DNA from: a virus
Taxonomy: Duplodnaviria; Caudoviricetes
Strand: one strand, 5' to 3'
IMG/VR virus record: IMGVR_UViG_3300031088_000782
Span: 32,001-96,000 of that record
Length of the DNA stretch: 64,000 nucleotides
Numbering within the stretch: the first letter of the stretch is position 1; each line of letters opens with the position of its first letter. A model generated the notes under the pieces. It was not told the origin of the DNA. It worked only from the letters and a program-made list of their open reading frames with translations, and ran no database searches. Positions 38,901 through 48,952 of this stretch are shown here, piece by piece. Position numbers and translations under genes: made by a program.

Positions 38901-40055
38901 ATGATTCAAAGAGTTCTGCTTGTTCTTGTCATGGCTGTTATGTTCAAAGTTGTTGTAGGATTCACAACAGCTTCAGGAAGTTATTTGATTAATTCGCTTG
39001 CTGCTATCGCAGCTTGTATTGCTTTCTTGGTTATGCGCAAGCAATTCTTAGATTTTGTCTTTTCAACTGTGAGTTCAAAGATGGGAGCACCTATTGGTGG
39101 ACAGTTTGTGAGCGACCCCGAGAAATGGCAGAGAGAAAAAGTTATCAGACCTAATGGTTTCCTTGCAAACAAGTCTGAAGTGGCTCTCAAAGGAGCGCAA
39201 ACTATTGCGGCTGGTGGAATTGCTGGATTTGTTAGTGGCGGCGTTTCAGGGGCCTACAAGAATGCGGCACAGGCAACTAAGATTGAACGAGACAACCTCC
39301 TTAACAGGCAACGACGTAGAGGTTATGGTCCGCTTCAAGGACTTGTTGAATCAACCAGTGCTGGTAAGAAAAATGCCCAAGAAAAGATCCTTAATGATGA
39401 TAATGTGAAAGCCTCTGAAAGAGAAGCTGTCAAGAGAACTTCCACATATAGGACATATGAAAAGAAGATGAAAGAGTATGAAGAATTTGATGGAGTAGAA
39501 CAGATCGAAAAAGATCCTTCTGGTAGAGAAATCACTGTGAAAGTGGCTAACAACGGCAAGGATATGGTAAAGCCAATTGAACCTACAAAATTGAAGAGTA
39601 GAAATTCTTCAGCTCAAACAAGGCAATTGAAGAACATGGTTTATAAGGGCAGAATTTATGATCACTTAGAGGGTGCTGCAGAGCAAGATTATTATAATGA
39701 TGATGTTGCAAGGGCTGATTATGAAACACGTAAAAACGAATTTGATAATCTTAATGAGGATCGTAAAGCTCAGGATGAACTCATGAAAGAAAGAGCCTCT
39801 AATAATCAAGAAGAAATTGAACAGGAAGAGGATGAGAAGAAGGAACACTTAAATCAGATAAGGAAAGCTCGTAAATTTGAGGAAAACAAGATTCAGAAAG
39901 AAATTAATATAGTCGAACGTCTGGATAATATTGTTGACAAGAGAAAATTCATGAAGGAAAAAATTAAGGAATCACACAGAAAATCCGAAATGGCCAAAGA
40001 GAGAAACCGTAAGGCTAGAGAAGAAACAGAACAAAACGAAAGAGGGGGAATCTGA
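35973..40055 (+). CDS. Giant VirB6/TcpH-like polytopic membrane protein, paralog 2 (1360 aa)
   Basis: Large Cys-containing extracellular N-domain; CENWRAFAFNPWVYGQWG; FLPFIFLIGIHPTMG; coiled-coil tail. Confidence 0.65.
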   Translation: MKSLRERQDSQYLTKSKMVNMAKTNNPRFKTSFFTIISAFLASVFLSIAVLSLFSSYDSFTAFADDEEDSKEEIDKLADDYIVDKDDGDPFWGTVDKFNKEGNPAAKKDFSSVMARLFTTQYMNDTHKGSAQSGTQNGIGNSGRNCKVDAKGKGTPLYHNCDVPNIVTELVQDASSLIMQSGPSNAEIQKSTLMWGAFGLPSKIPGKGAPVDASERSVKYTALELYGYNLRYTSYAGEWDHIKVMTTARALANYGWMDNIKMSVTAVFQGVATGMEVASDNFTDEISTGNVFGAIGGFFTGFFEGAAAGGIHSILDTSDLNVFNTYAWYRVGYGGTLYNARELTGTEVAARARAEMMNMITSGQPDDAKVPEDLEKIKSGPDYPKEAISKCVLLRGKLKDVSWGAGKTPPGVTENRCASIAKSQYEIRQASDNPPKGDNADYKWTEDGNQKQESLASWKKRHVKTFEAAKKYGINCKMGKDGKDRAKSISAFKSCWPDEYAGAESEALKHDQTERNEEWVKKKLGPNALQEWVAADPSRNFNAPWNRFVCTTASGKDKKKDGQLVMLYNAQGKHNDECGEVRPPIQDGLFGNGYLSDQKQPGLDTRNKVATSSFLSVLMPFDADITSISNIGLGLATFATRISNTVINLTFSPVFESLGIDTIVVKLIKEFRDSIFFPLVALMVAITGVMALWSAGKNKDYKRQFTSILLMAGVILSGVFLMYKPDMTLKAVDEVPAEIEKAIIGTIFAVGSDPGDQLCTSTGTVSGKKGTGLDGKRLSYNPNDSARSLMCENWRAFAFNPWVYGQWGTDMSNLYSKGSGSASTMNNTNGDLVGSASVNMGGGKKMKNWAVYQLNTMSSGTASYVDENRPTGRIDRNFSRLIDLQAGPENGKGTDSRYFETWSGSNWGDRLTVSFMAPIVAAFGAVTVIVYSITKIQIAFATVIMLLFLPFIFLIGIHPTMGRTKLKAYTGTIVGLMIQRVLLVLVMAVMFKVVVGFTTASGSYLINSLAAIAACIAFLVMRKQFLDFVFSTVSSKMGAPIGGQFVSDPEKWQREKVIRPNGFLANKSEVALKGAQTIAAGGIAGFVSGGVSGAYKNAAQATKIERDNLLNRQRRRGYGPLQGLVESTSAGKKNAQEKILNDDNVKASEREAVKRTSTYRTYEKKMKEYEEFDGVEQIEKDPSGREITVKVANNGKDMVKPIEPTKLKSRNSSAQTRQLKNMVYKGRIYDHLEGAAEQDYYNDDVARADYETRKNEFDNLNEDRKAQDELMKERASNNQEEIEQEEDEKKEHLNQIRKARKFEENKIQKEINIVERLDNIVDKRKFMKEKIKESHRKSEMAKERNRKAREETEQNERGGI

Positions 40056-43000
40056 TGACAGCATATATTAGCACTCCCGCTCACTCTACACGCCTCAAAT
40101 CAAAGAAAGTGAAAGTTTCTGTATCTCTTATTTTAGCTTTCCTTGTAGCTCTTGTTGGAACCGGAATTTTAGCAATTGCAGCAAATGCCAAAAAAGCAGA
40201 AGCATTTGATGTTACTCAGTATGTCATGTGTGATGTTCTTCCTGCTCCTGCGCCGCAGTTTTACCAAAGCACACAAAGTGATGATATGCACTTTTTAACA
40301 AGATCAAAAAGTGCAATTACTGGTGGAAACAATGATGTTGAAATCGGATTAAACTGGATTCTTGACTTGTTTGGTCCTGGCTATAAAGAAATTAATCAAG
40401 ATATTACTGGACAATCTTTGGATATTGTGGCACCTGATAAGGAAGAAGAAGGTGGCAACAATAATGGGGATGATGAAGGAAACAGCGGAGAAGACGGCGA
40501 AGAGAAGAAGAATTACAATAAGGGTGTTAAAGTAACTCCTTTTGATCGTTTTGGTGTTGCTGGACTTAACTTCACGGCTTATTCAGGAGAATGGAAATAT
40601 ATTGTCATTGATGCTTGCAATGCAGATGGAGAGCCATCAGACCCTAAAGCCGGAGTGTATTATGATGATCGTTTAGAACCTCGTTCAACATGGGATGATA
40701 TGGATAATTCGAAAGATATTCGAACAATTCAATTCACTAAAGGATTAGGTGCTCAACTTGTATCATCGTTTAATGATGTTATGGCAAATGCAGTTTTCAG
40801 TGTAACAAAAACTGTTGTTGTTATCACTATAGGAGTTATTAACTTTGCCTTCTCAGATGTAACTAAAGCTATAGGAATGGACCAACTTATCGGTGATAAA
40901 GGTGGAATCTTCGACATGATCTTCAAAGGAGTATTTACTCCATTGATTGCCATGATTTTTGTTATCACAGCAGCCAATATTTTCTATTTAGCTGTTGTTA
41001 AAAGACAGTTCAGAAACTCTTTGGGGATTCTTGTAAGATCGATTGCTTTGTTCCTTATTGCTATTATTATCTCAACTAATCCTGGTTTTTGGATTAGTAT
41101 TCCTAATAAGATAGCTGTGATGGGGCAATCTATTATTATCACTGCTTTGAATACTAACATGACTACTGGGGATGGATTGTGCGCAACTGACATAGGTTCA
41201 AAAAAGATAGACTTGGTGACAAAGAAGAAAACTAAGAATGAAGCAGATCTTTTAACAAAGACTTCTGAAAATATGCGCTCTGCTATTGGGTGTACATTCT
41301 GGGACACTTTCTTGATGACTCCTTGGGTAGAGGGACAGTTCGGAACAGAATGGAATAAGTTGTGGGCAAAAGGAAAGACAGCAAAATGGGCACCTGAAGG
41401 TTCTTCTGAGCTGAAAAACGGAAACGGCAAAATGGTCGGAAATGCTGAAGTTCCTGTTGGTGACGGAAAGGTTATCAACAATTGGGCTTTGTACCAGATA
41501 AGTACCCAAACTAATGTTCATGTTCCAACAGGACATGAAGGCGAAAAAAGCAAATACACTTCTGGTATTGCCAATGACTGGTGGAGAATTGTTGACGCAG
41601 TGTCCAATTATGATGAAGAAAAAATTTCGGAAACTGTTGCCGGAACAGGTGAGCATGGCACAGATCAAGAGATTGAGTATACTGTTCCTAAAGAAAGCTC
41701 CAAACCAACAAAATATTGGGATGATTGGTCTGGTAACAATACTTGGAATAGAGTTACTACCGCACTGTCATCTTTGGTTATTGCTTCGATAGGAACCGCA
41801 TTACCATTGTTCTTCGGTTTAATGTCTGCAGTATATGCTTTCGGAATTGTTCTGTTGATGATGTTTGCCCCTATTATGCTCTTACTTGGATGTTGGGGCG
41901 GAAGAGGCTGGGAAATTTTCAAAGGATGGGCTGAAATATTAGTCAATACTTTAAGTAAGAGAATCGCTACTGGGCTTCTCTTGGGATTATCGATTACTTT
42001 CATTGTGAAGATTATCAAACTTATGGAAGACATTCCTTGGTGGCAGGGTATTACTTTGCTTATCTTGATTACTGTTTTGTTGTTCAAAGTAAGACATAAA
42101 ATATACGACATTTTCGCTTCGTTCCGATTCTCTACTACTAATTTCGGAGAGACTGCTTCTCGTTTGAATAAGAATTTATCTAGTAAAGCCTCTGCCTATT
42201 CAAAGAATGCTGGAAAGATAGCTTTAGGTTCTGTTGGTGGAGGTGCAGGTTCAAAATTTGCTGGAGGAAGTTTCAAATCTGGAGCCATGTCTGGGTTTAA
42301 GAAAGAATTTGAGAATATGACATTCAGATCAAACAGTAAGTTCCTCAGTCATGCTCGAATGACGAAAGATTCATTCAGAGCAAATGAAGCTGGTGGAGAT
42401 GATGAGCTATTCCGTGGTAGTAAGTATTGTGGAATTTGCGGAAAGTTGATCGCTACAGAAGAGGATCAGAAGGGCACACAGTTGTTCCACGGTGGGCGAC
42501 GAGCTGATGGAACGCTCATCTGTTTAGAGTGCTATCAAGATGGAGTAGATCCTGATGCATCTGAAGTAATCCAAAGAAGCAAGCCTGATAAGAATGAAAA
42601 ACTTAAAGATCCTAAATTGCTAGCACAAGATAAGAAAATTCAATCTAATTATCGCAGAATATTTAGCAAAGAAAGTACTATTAAACATGGTTCAAATCAG
42701 CAGATTCTCAATGATTTGGAAAATGAGAAGGGTGTAGATGGAAAGAATGCTGTTCCTCTTACTATGAAAGAACGTTCTAAGAAAATTACTCAGCTTTCGA
42801 AGTTTGTTTCAAAGGATATTCTTCTTTACATAGAATCCGATACTAAGGAAATTCCTGAAATTCCTGATTTTTTGAAGCCTTATTTAAATGATAGAGATTT
42901 GAAGTTTGGTTGGGAACAGGGTGATTATGAATACATTCAGGCTATGTATGCAGGTGCAATTGTTACATGGTATAACCAAAACTTTGATTTAGAAAACGAT

Positions 43001-43114
43001 GCCAATATCAACACTTTGCGAGCTTCTATGCAAAATGTCCTTACAAAAGGACAGAATAAAGGTCGAATTCCAGAGAAAAATAAAGATCAAAAAGATGACA
43101 GAAGGAATGAATAA
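40055..43114 (+). CDS. Giant VirB6/TcpH-like polytopic membrane protein, paralog 3 (1019 aa), with cytoplasmic CxxC-CxxC finger
   Basis: CTFWDTFLMTPWVEGQFG; FAPIMLLLGCWGGRG; CGIC...CLEC near 42428-42532. Confidence 0.65.
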   Translation: MTAYISTPAHSTRLKSKKVKVSVSLILAFLVALVGTGILAIAANAKKAEAFDVTQYVMCDVLPAPAPQFYQSTQSDDMHFLTRSKSAITGGNNDVEIGLNWILDLFGPGYKEINQDITGQSLDIVAPDKEEEGGNNNGDDEGNSGEDGEEKKNYNKGVKVTPFDRFGVAGLNFTAYSGEWKYIVIDACNADGEPSDPKAGVYYDDRLEPRSTWDDMDNSKDIRTIQFTKGLGAQLVSSFNDVMANAVFSVTKTVVVITIGVINFAFSDVTKAIGMDQLIGDKGGIFDMIFKGVFTPLIAMIFVITAANIFYLAVVKRQFRNSLGILVRSIALFLIAIIISTNPGFWISIPNKIAVMGQSIIITALNTNMTTGDGLCATDIGSKKIDLVTKKKTKNEADLLTKTSENMRSAIGCTFWDTFLMTPWVEGQFGTEWNKLWAKGKTAKWAPEGSSELKNGNGKMVGNAEVPVGDGKVINNWALYQISTQTNVHVPTGHEGEKSKYTSGIANDWWRIVDAVSNYDEEKISETVAGTGEHGTDQEIEYTVPKESSKPTKYWDDWSGNNTWNRVTTALSSLVIASIGTALPLFFGLMSAVYAFGIVLLMMFAPIMLLLGCWGGRGWEIFKGWAEILVNTLSKRIATGLLLGLSITFIVKIIKLMEDIPWWQGITLLILITVLLFKVRHKIYDIFASFRFSTTNFGETASRLNKNLSSKASAYSKNAGKIALGSVGGGAGSKFAGGSFKSGAMSGFKKEFENMTFRSNSKFLSHARMTKDSFRANEAGGDDELFRGSKYCGICGKLIATEEDQKGTQLFHGGRRADGTLICLECYQDGVDPDASEVIQRSKPDKNEKLKDPKLLAQDKKIQSNYRRIFSKESTIKHGSNQQILNDLENEKGVDGKNAVPLTMKERSKKITQLSKFVSKDILLYIESDTKEIPEIPDFLKPYLNDRDLKFGWEQGDYEYIQAMYAGAIVTWYNQNFDLENDANINTLRASMQNVLTKGQNKGRIPEKNKDQKDDRRNE

Positions 43115-43116
43115 TA

Positions 43117-43431
43117 ATGAGGTTAAGTATTGTTGATGAAGCTGTTTGTGAAAAAATAGCTGCAATTAAAAAAGTTTTCACCGCACACAATAAGTTAACT
43201 GAAAGGTTATCTAATGATGTTGAAGGGTTTTTCCCTGAAGAAATTCTGTCTAATTCTGATAACATTTCTATGCTGGAAAGCTACTGGGAATTTCAAAAGT
43301 ATGACCTTATTCTGCAAGAGTATGTTTCTATATGGATTCGATTCTATGAATATGTCTATGATGAAGAAACTGCTTTTTCTGAGGAAGATTTTATTAACGG
43401 AAAAGTTCAGGGATACTTAAATATTATTTAA
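43117..43431 (+). CDS. Hypothetical protein
   Basis: 104-aa ORF starting 2 nt after the previous stop. Confidence 0.5.
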   Translation: MRLSIVDEAVCEKIAAIKKVFTAHNKLTERLSNDVEGFFPEEILSNSDNISMLESYWEFQKYDLILQEYVSIWIRFYEYVYDEETAFSEEDFINGKVQGYLNII

Positions 43432-43530
43432 AATTTTCATAACAATTTCAACATTAGAGAATTTTAAAAATATTGATTAATGCTGATATTGTTACTACAA
43501 GTTTTTATTACATGATGATAAGGAAACAAA

Positions 43531-44916
43531 ATGGGATTCCTCGATAAAGCTAAAAGTACAATCAAAAAGACCACAAAAAACATTGGCGAAGAAACTGTTA
43601 ATGTCGTTGACTATGATGAAGTTTACGAAAAACAAGAAAGAGCAAAGAAACAACGTTTTCCTAAACAAAAAGCGCCTACTGAGGAGCTTGAGCCTGTTGA
43701 TTATGACAACGAACTAGAATCAGAAGAAGAAGAAGAATATTACGACTATGATCATGAGAACGATAACAGAATGTCATCACATGAGGACATCCCTATGGTT
43801 GAAGAAACAGCTTTTGATATAGACATTAGCGAAACAAAAGATTTTATTGCTGAAAAGCAAGAAGTCGAAAGAAGCGAAAGGCATCCTGATAAAAAAGGTA
43901 AGGAAGAAGTTGTCAAAGACATTTTAGAAGTTTTAAACATTCCTATTACTTTTGAAATTGAGAGTGATGTGTATCTACCAGAAGATTTGAAAGATATATC
44001 ATTTGATTTACAAGTTCCTCAAGGTTATGAAATTGGAGAAGTGAACACTTTTGTTTCTCGTGTAAAAGTTTCGATCAACAGATTGGTCGATTTGTTGAAG
44101 CAGAGAAACGAACATGTCGCAAAACTTGCTAGCATGGTAGACAGATTGCAGGTTGATGTCAATAACATGAAGTTCCAGAATGAAGTTGCGAATGGAATTA
44201 ATGTTATGCCTACTTCTTCTTCTGAAAGCGAAGACATTGAAAATGAAAACTTTGAACTTCGTCTTGCTGTGAAACGACTTCAAGAGGAACTTGACAATGT
44301 ATATAGAGAGAACAAGAATTCTTCCGCTTCAAATGGCGAATTGTCTGAATCTCAAAGAGAAAAATTTGATGAACTTCAAGATGAATTGTCTCTTGCACAA
44401 AGAGAAAATGAAGAACTTCGTGATGAAATCTATGACCTGAAAAATCAGAATGCTATTCTTATTGAAAATCAAGATATGCTTGAAGAACAGCAATACGATC
44501 AACAGTATGATTATGATCAGTCAAACAACCATTCGTCTGCTTACGATTTTGATGACGCAAATTCAAACACCATTGTTTATGAAGAAGATGAAGAATTAGA
44601 ACTTCCACAAGAAGAGCTAGAGAATCTTTCCTCTTATGGCAATGACTCACATATTCCTGATCCAGACCAAAATTCTCTATTCTATGATGAAGATTCTGAA
44701 TCTACAGATGATTTCTTATTGAATAATGCTGAATATTACGATAGAGATCTAAGCGAAAATCCACAAAATGATGACTTCTTTGTTTATGACAATGATGATA
44801 GTAATAACGAGAATAATAATACTTACGAAACAGAAACAGACGGAAATTTCACATACTATGAAGATGATGACAGTGATGATGTTCTGAATAATCTTCAGGA
44901 TTGGAAGAATAAGTGA
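43531..44916 (+). CDS. Protein with internal DivIVA-like domain, coiled coil and acidic tails
   Basis: LPEDLKDISFDLQVPQGYEIGEVNTFVSRV matches the DivIVA/GpsB N-terminal signature and is followed by heptad repeats. Confidence 0.7.
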   Translation: MGFLDKAKSTIKKTTKNIGEETVNVVDYDEVYEKQERAKKQRFPKQKAPTEELEPVDYDNELESEEEEEYYDYDHENDNRMSSHEDIPMVEETAFDIDISETKDFIAEKQEVERSERHPDKKGKEEVVKDILEVLNIPITFEIESDVYLPEDLKDISFDLQVPQGYEIGEVNTFVSRVKVSINRLVDLLKQRNEHVAKLASMVDRLQVDVNNMKFQNEVANGINVMPTSSSESEDIENENFELRLAVKRLQEELDNVYRENKNSSASNGELSESQREKFDELQDELSLAQRENEELRDEIYDLKNQNAILIENQDMLEEQQYDQQYDYDQSNNHSSAYDFDDANSNTIVYEEDEELELPQEELENLSSYGNDSHIPDPDQNSLFYDEDSESTDDFLLNNAEYYDRDLSENPQNDDFFVYDNDDSNNENNNTYETETDGNFTYYEDDDSDDVLNNLQDWKNK

Positions 44917-45473
44917 TCACTACTACAGATTTTTCGTTTCTGGAATTATTCGCTTTGCATCTTTTTCCTTTAATAATCGGACTAATTATTGTCAAACTTG
45001 TAAAAATATCTTTAGCAAAGTTTATTCCAATATACTTTTCACTTGCGACTGTAAGTATTTTACTGAAACAATTTTATTATTCAAGTGAATACTTATGGGT
45101 TAGTGTTATTACAGTAGTTGCAGGCTTTGTTGTTTTAGTGATAATGAGTGGATTTGTAGGAAATAAACTATCGTCTGTCAACTATGAATCTATTCTTTTA
45201 TCACTTGGTTTGTTCCCTTGGCTTTTGGATTGGAGAATGTCTGTTGCTTTTATAGTCATTTTTGGATTTGTTATTATGGTTCATTCTTTAATAAAACAGA
45301 AAAAAGCATTTAAAAAGATCGAAGCTCAATATATGTCTTTGAAAGAAGCTAAAATAAAGCTTTCCAAAGAGAAATATGAAACTTTCAGAAAATCCGCTGG
45401 GGTTATCTATGCTGTTCCTATGATTATAGCAGCACTTATTTCTACTTTAATGTTTTCTACAAGCTTCATTTAA
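44913..45473 (+). CDS. Polytopic membrane protein, possibly a degenerate A24 (TadV/CpaA) prepilin peptidase
   Basis: 5-6 TM helices; SSVNYESILLSLGLFPW sits where GGGD-K-L..LG is expected; C-terminal IYAVPMIIAA. Confidence 0.3.
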   Translation: MITTTDFSFLELFALHLFPLIIGLIIVKLVKISLAKFIPIYFSLATVSILLKQFYYSSEYLWVSVITVVAGFVVLVIMSGFVGNKLSSVNYESILLSLGLFPWLLDWRMSVAFIVIFGFVIMVHSLIKQKKAFKKIEAQYMSLKEAKIKLSKEKYETFRKSAGVIYAVPMIIAALISTLMFSTSFI

Positions 45474-45666
45474 TAAAAGTTTAAAATATTCCTTTGTTAT
45501 TTTTTTTAATCCATTTCAATACACTATATAAATTTTGTGTAACTGATATAATATTCCTTGTTTAATGGAATAGTCATATTAAGTTATGACAATTAGAACA
45601 GTTCTAACTTGATAGTTGATATTTCTATTGTAAAGTTTGAAGACTATTTAGTGTTAATGGAGAATT

Positions 45667-46728
45667 ATGGGAACAGATAATAACAATAATTCAGATTTAT
45701 TTGATTTGAATGATGATTCCTTTCAATCCTTAGATGATTTGATTGCTGATGATAACAAAGCAAAAGATGACGCGGATGAGATTATTAATAGAGATAAAAA
45801 AAGATCGTTGATCAAAAAAGTTTCTATTATTGGTGGATCTGCTCTTTTGGTGTGTCTTCTTACTGGAAGCTTGTTTTTAATTAATCCTTTCGGGGGAGAT
45901 CAGAATGTCGGTAAGGATGACAAAAAAACAGTAGCTATTGATAACGATAGTAAAACTACAAAAATTTCAGCTGAAGATGAAGAAGTTAATGAGGATGAAT
46001 TCTACCGTGAAAAGGGAAAAAAGTACCCAAATAAATTAGACAAATGGCAAACAGTTTCTCATGATGAACAGAAAAAATCAGAATTGAATGATGAAATAAT
46101 TAAAAAAGAATCTGGTTCATCTTTAGGTAACGATGCTAATATCCTTCCCTCAGAGAGTATAGGATATACTTCTGATGACTCAAAAGAATTCTTAAAGGAT
46201 GGGAGTATCAATCCTGATTACAGTTATTGGACTTCAGAAGTTTATACATCTGAAGCGGGAGAACATATTGAAAGATTATTAAATCCGACATTTGGAGATT
46301 GGGGGCGAGCGCAATATTCTTCTTATCCTGGTAACAAATATTTTGAAATTGGAAAAATCAGCGATATGTTCACATCTGATTGGATGAAAGAAAATAACGG
46401 AAAGAAGTATTCTGAATTCGTTCCTGTTTATGCTGATTGGAATGGAAATGACTACAATATGGAAGATAGGCTTTTGTCTTCTGGGCCAAGATGGTATGGG
46501 GAAGTGACAAGCAGCACTTCTGATTTCAAGTTTGATGAAGAGGTTCAGCAATACACAGTAGATTACAAAGCGAAAGTTAAATTTACAGCATGGGCTAAAG
46601 ATCAGAGTAAGTTAGAAAAGACAGGAACATTAACTTTACAATTTGTGTCTGATAACAGCAGTCCAAATGATAGTGGTAGCAAATACAAGGTTTTGATTAA
46701 CAAATCAAACCTAAAGGTGGATAAGTAA
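45667..46728 (+). CDS. Bitopic membrane protein with large extracellular domain
   Basis: Acidic N-tail, single TM, beta-rich C-terminus. Confidence 0.55.
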   Translation: MGTDNNNNSDLFDLNDDSFQSLDDLIADDNKAKDDADEIINRDKKRSLIKKVSIIGGSALLVCLLTGSLFLINPFGGDQNVGKDDKKTVAIDNDSKTTKISAEDEEVNEDEFYREKGKKYPNKLDKWQTVSHDEQKKSELNDEIIKKESGSSLGNDANILPSESIGYTSDDSKEFLKDGSINPDYSYWTSEVYTSEAGEHIERLLNPTFGDWGRAQYSSYPGNKYFEIGKISDMFTSDWMKENNGKKYSEFVPVYADWNGNDYNMEDRLLSSGPRWYGEVTSSTSDFKFDEEVQQYTVDYKAKVKFTAWAKDQSKLEKTGTLTLQFVSDNSSPNDSGSKYKVLINKSNLKVDK

Positions 46729-46729
46729 A

Positions 46730-48847
46730 ATGAAAAATTCTAAGTTCGGAAAGATTTTGGGAACAACAGTAGCTTTAGTTACCGCCCTTACTCTGGCTGC
46801 TCCATCTACATCTTTCGCTGCTAATGGAGGCGGAGATACTGGTGGTGGAACTGGCGGCGGTGGCAATGGTGGCGGAAGCCAAACAAGTGTGCAATGGGCC
46901 TCCATTACTAACAAAAATGCTGGTAAGGCATACAGTAAATTTCTTGGGAAAACAGGATTACCTAAAGCTAACGTTGAAAGAGAAATTAGAAAGCGTGTTG
47001 GCGACCTCAATGTTTGTAAGCGTTCAAATGTTATTTGGTTCATAAAATCAGGCGGGAACTGGACATTCAACTACACTGGAGCTACTCATGGAAAAGCATG
47101 GAATGGTAGGGGAACAATCGAGAACCCTAAAACAAAGTATGGTTCTCGTGGTCCTACTGATGCTGAAATAAGAGCCTTCAAAGTGTGGGACAAAACCGAG
47201 AATAAAACTAAAATCAATAAGAAACCAGGATACACAATTATCTGCTCTGGTGCATTCAGTATGCCCGACAAAAAGTGGAAAGAAGTCAGCAAATCTTCAA
47301 ATACAACAAGTAAAGATAAAAAATACACTAATCCTTACACTTGGACAACTGACATTAAACGACAGAATATCCAGAAAAAAGCGAAAGGCACAATAAATAA
47401 AGATCTGATTGGAGAAGAGAACTTAACAGATCAGAAAGGAACTCCTGTAAAGAGCAACTTCGGTAAATTGTGGGATAAAGTAAAAGCAGGCAAATACAAA
47501 AATTTGAAAACTTCTGAATTGAAGAAAAAAGTTGATGCAGCTGTAAAGAAAGATGAAAGCAAAGCACATGGAACAGTCAATCTTAATGCAAAAAATAAAG
47601 CTGGAATGGCTGAGGGTGGAGTTCTTAACGTTTATGAAAGAACACTTCCTGCAACTATTACTTCTACTGAAAAAGTCACTACTGTAACTACAACAACTTG
47701 TAATTTTACTCAAAAATGGGATATGAAGAAAGGCAAATATAAGGATCCTACAAAGAAATGTAAAGATACTAAAGCGAAATCATCTAAGTTCTCTGTTTCT
47801 GCATCAAAAGCTACACAGCAGAACACAGGATTTTGGCAAATGCTTTCGGTTCATTGCAACAAAATCGAACTTGAAGCATTGTTGAAAGCTGATAAGAGTA
47901 TTAAAGTTGTTGATACAGGAGACTCCACTAAGGGAATTGCCGCTGTTGTCTACAGTAAGAAATACAAACAACAACCAGCTGAATTAGATTTTGGTGACGC
48001 CGAAAACAGCAACAAAGCGAAAGCTGCAACAGGTCTATTAGGATTCTATGATAAAGAATGCCCATTCGACTGTACTCCAAGCTCAAATTCAGGAGACGGA
48101 GCAAGTAATGCTAATGGGGCAACAAAGAACAAGGGAACAAATTCAGAAAATGTTGTATCAGGTGGAAAATATGGTGCAACATCTGACGGAAAGAGCAATA
48201 ATTTCTTTGAATTCTTCCGTGATAATGAAGAGAAAGCTGTATCTGTTGATGTTTGGTATCCAAAGAGTTCAGGTGTTGTGAAATATGATAAGAAAGCACC
48301 GAAAACTACAACAATCATCCGAGATCCTGAAGGTACGCCTGGTGTTACAGGAAAAGATGGTGGTAAATTCACCATGAAAACCAAAGGCGGAACAGAGCTA
48401 TTCACAAAAGCACAAGATGCGAAAACTCAAAAGAATTGGAGTGAAGATATATTCTCAAACTCTAATGCAACAATTCTTAAAGGTTTGGAAAGAGAATTCC
48501 TTGTGAAAGCAACTTGGGCTTCAGATACGAATAAACCACAGGTTATCAATACCAAATGGGAATACGATGCTGATGTATCTACTAAGTTCTTTGGAAAAAA
48601 TGTAGGTTTCGGAGCTAAGAGTGCACAGAAAACAGGAAGTGTTGTGACAGCATCAACACCAATTGAAGGAAAATGTTACTCAAACTTTGGAACAAAATCA
48701 CAGTTTGATACAAGTAAATTGTTCAACACCAACACAGGAACAGGAACAACAAACGGTCTAGATAAGAATGTTCTTGAAAAGGCAACAAAGCCACAAGAGA
48801 AACAAACTAATCTTGTGTTCAACTTTGTTCGCTCAACCACAGAGTGA
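46730..48847 (+). CDS. Secreted Lys/Gly/Thr-rich surface protein (adhesin-like)
   Basis: Sec signal peptide ending in SFA-A, Gly-rich linker GGGDTGGGTGGGGNGGG, paired Cys, strongly basic. Confidence 0.55.
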   Translation: MKNSKFGKILGTTVALVTALTLAAPSTSFAANGGGDTGGGTGGGGNGGGSQTSVQWASITNKNAGKAYSKFLGKTGLPKANVEREIRKRVGDLNVCKRSNVIWFIKSGGNWTFNYTGATHGKAWNGRGTIENPKTKYGSRGPTDAEIRAFKVWDKTENKTKINKKPGYTIICSGAFSMPDKKWKEVSKSSNTTSKDKKYTNPYTWTTDIKRQNIQKKAKGTINKDLIGEENLTDQKGTPVKSNFGKLWDKVKAGKYKNLKTSELKKKVDAAVKKDESKAHGTVNLNAKNKAGMAEGGVLNVYERTLPATITSTEKVTTVTTTTCNFTQKWDMKKGKYKDPTKKCKDTKAKSSKFSVSASKATQQNTGFWQMLSVHCNKIELEALLKADKSIKVVDTGDSTKGIAAVVYSKKYKQQPAELDFGDAENSNKAKAATGLLGFYDKECPFDCTPSSNSGDGASNANGATKNKGTNSENVVSGGKYGATSDGKSNNFFEFFRDNEEKAVSVDVWYPKSSGVVKYDKKAPKTTTIIRDPEGTPGVTGKDGGKFTMKTKGGTELFTKAQDAKTQKNWSEDIFSNSNATILKGLEREFLVKATWASDTNKPQVINTKWEYDADVSTKFFGKNVGFGAKSAQKTGSVVTASTPIEGKCYSNFGTKSQFDTSKLFNTNTGTGTTNGLDKNVLEKATKPQEKQTNLVFNFVRSTTE

Positions 48848-48882
48848 TATATAGTTTATAATAATTGATATTACTTTAAACC

Positions 48883-48918
48883 GATGAGGGTATCTTGTCT
48901 CGGCAGGATACCCTCATC
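48883..48918. terminator. 15-bp hairpin terminator
   Basis: gatgagggtatcttg / caggataccctcatc then ttattt. Confidence 0.7.
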
Positions 48919-48952
48919 TTATTTGTAGACAGATGACAACATTGAGGAATAA

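Noticed and set aside
46826-46875. Gly-rich ggc/ggt repeat
   Set aside because: A flexible linker after a signal peptide; common and explained by the protein.
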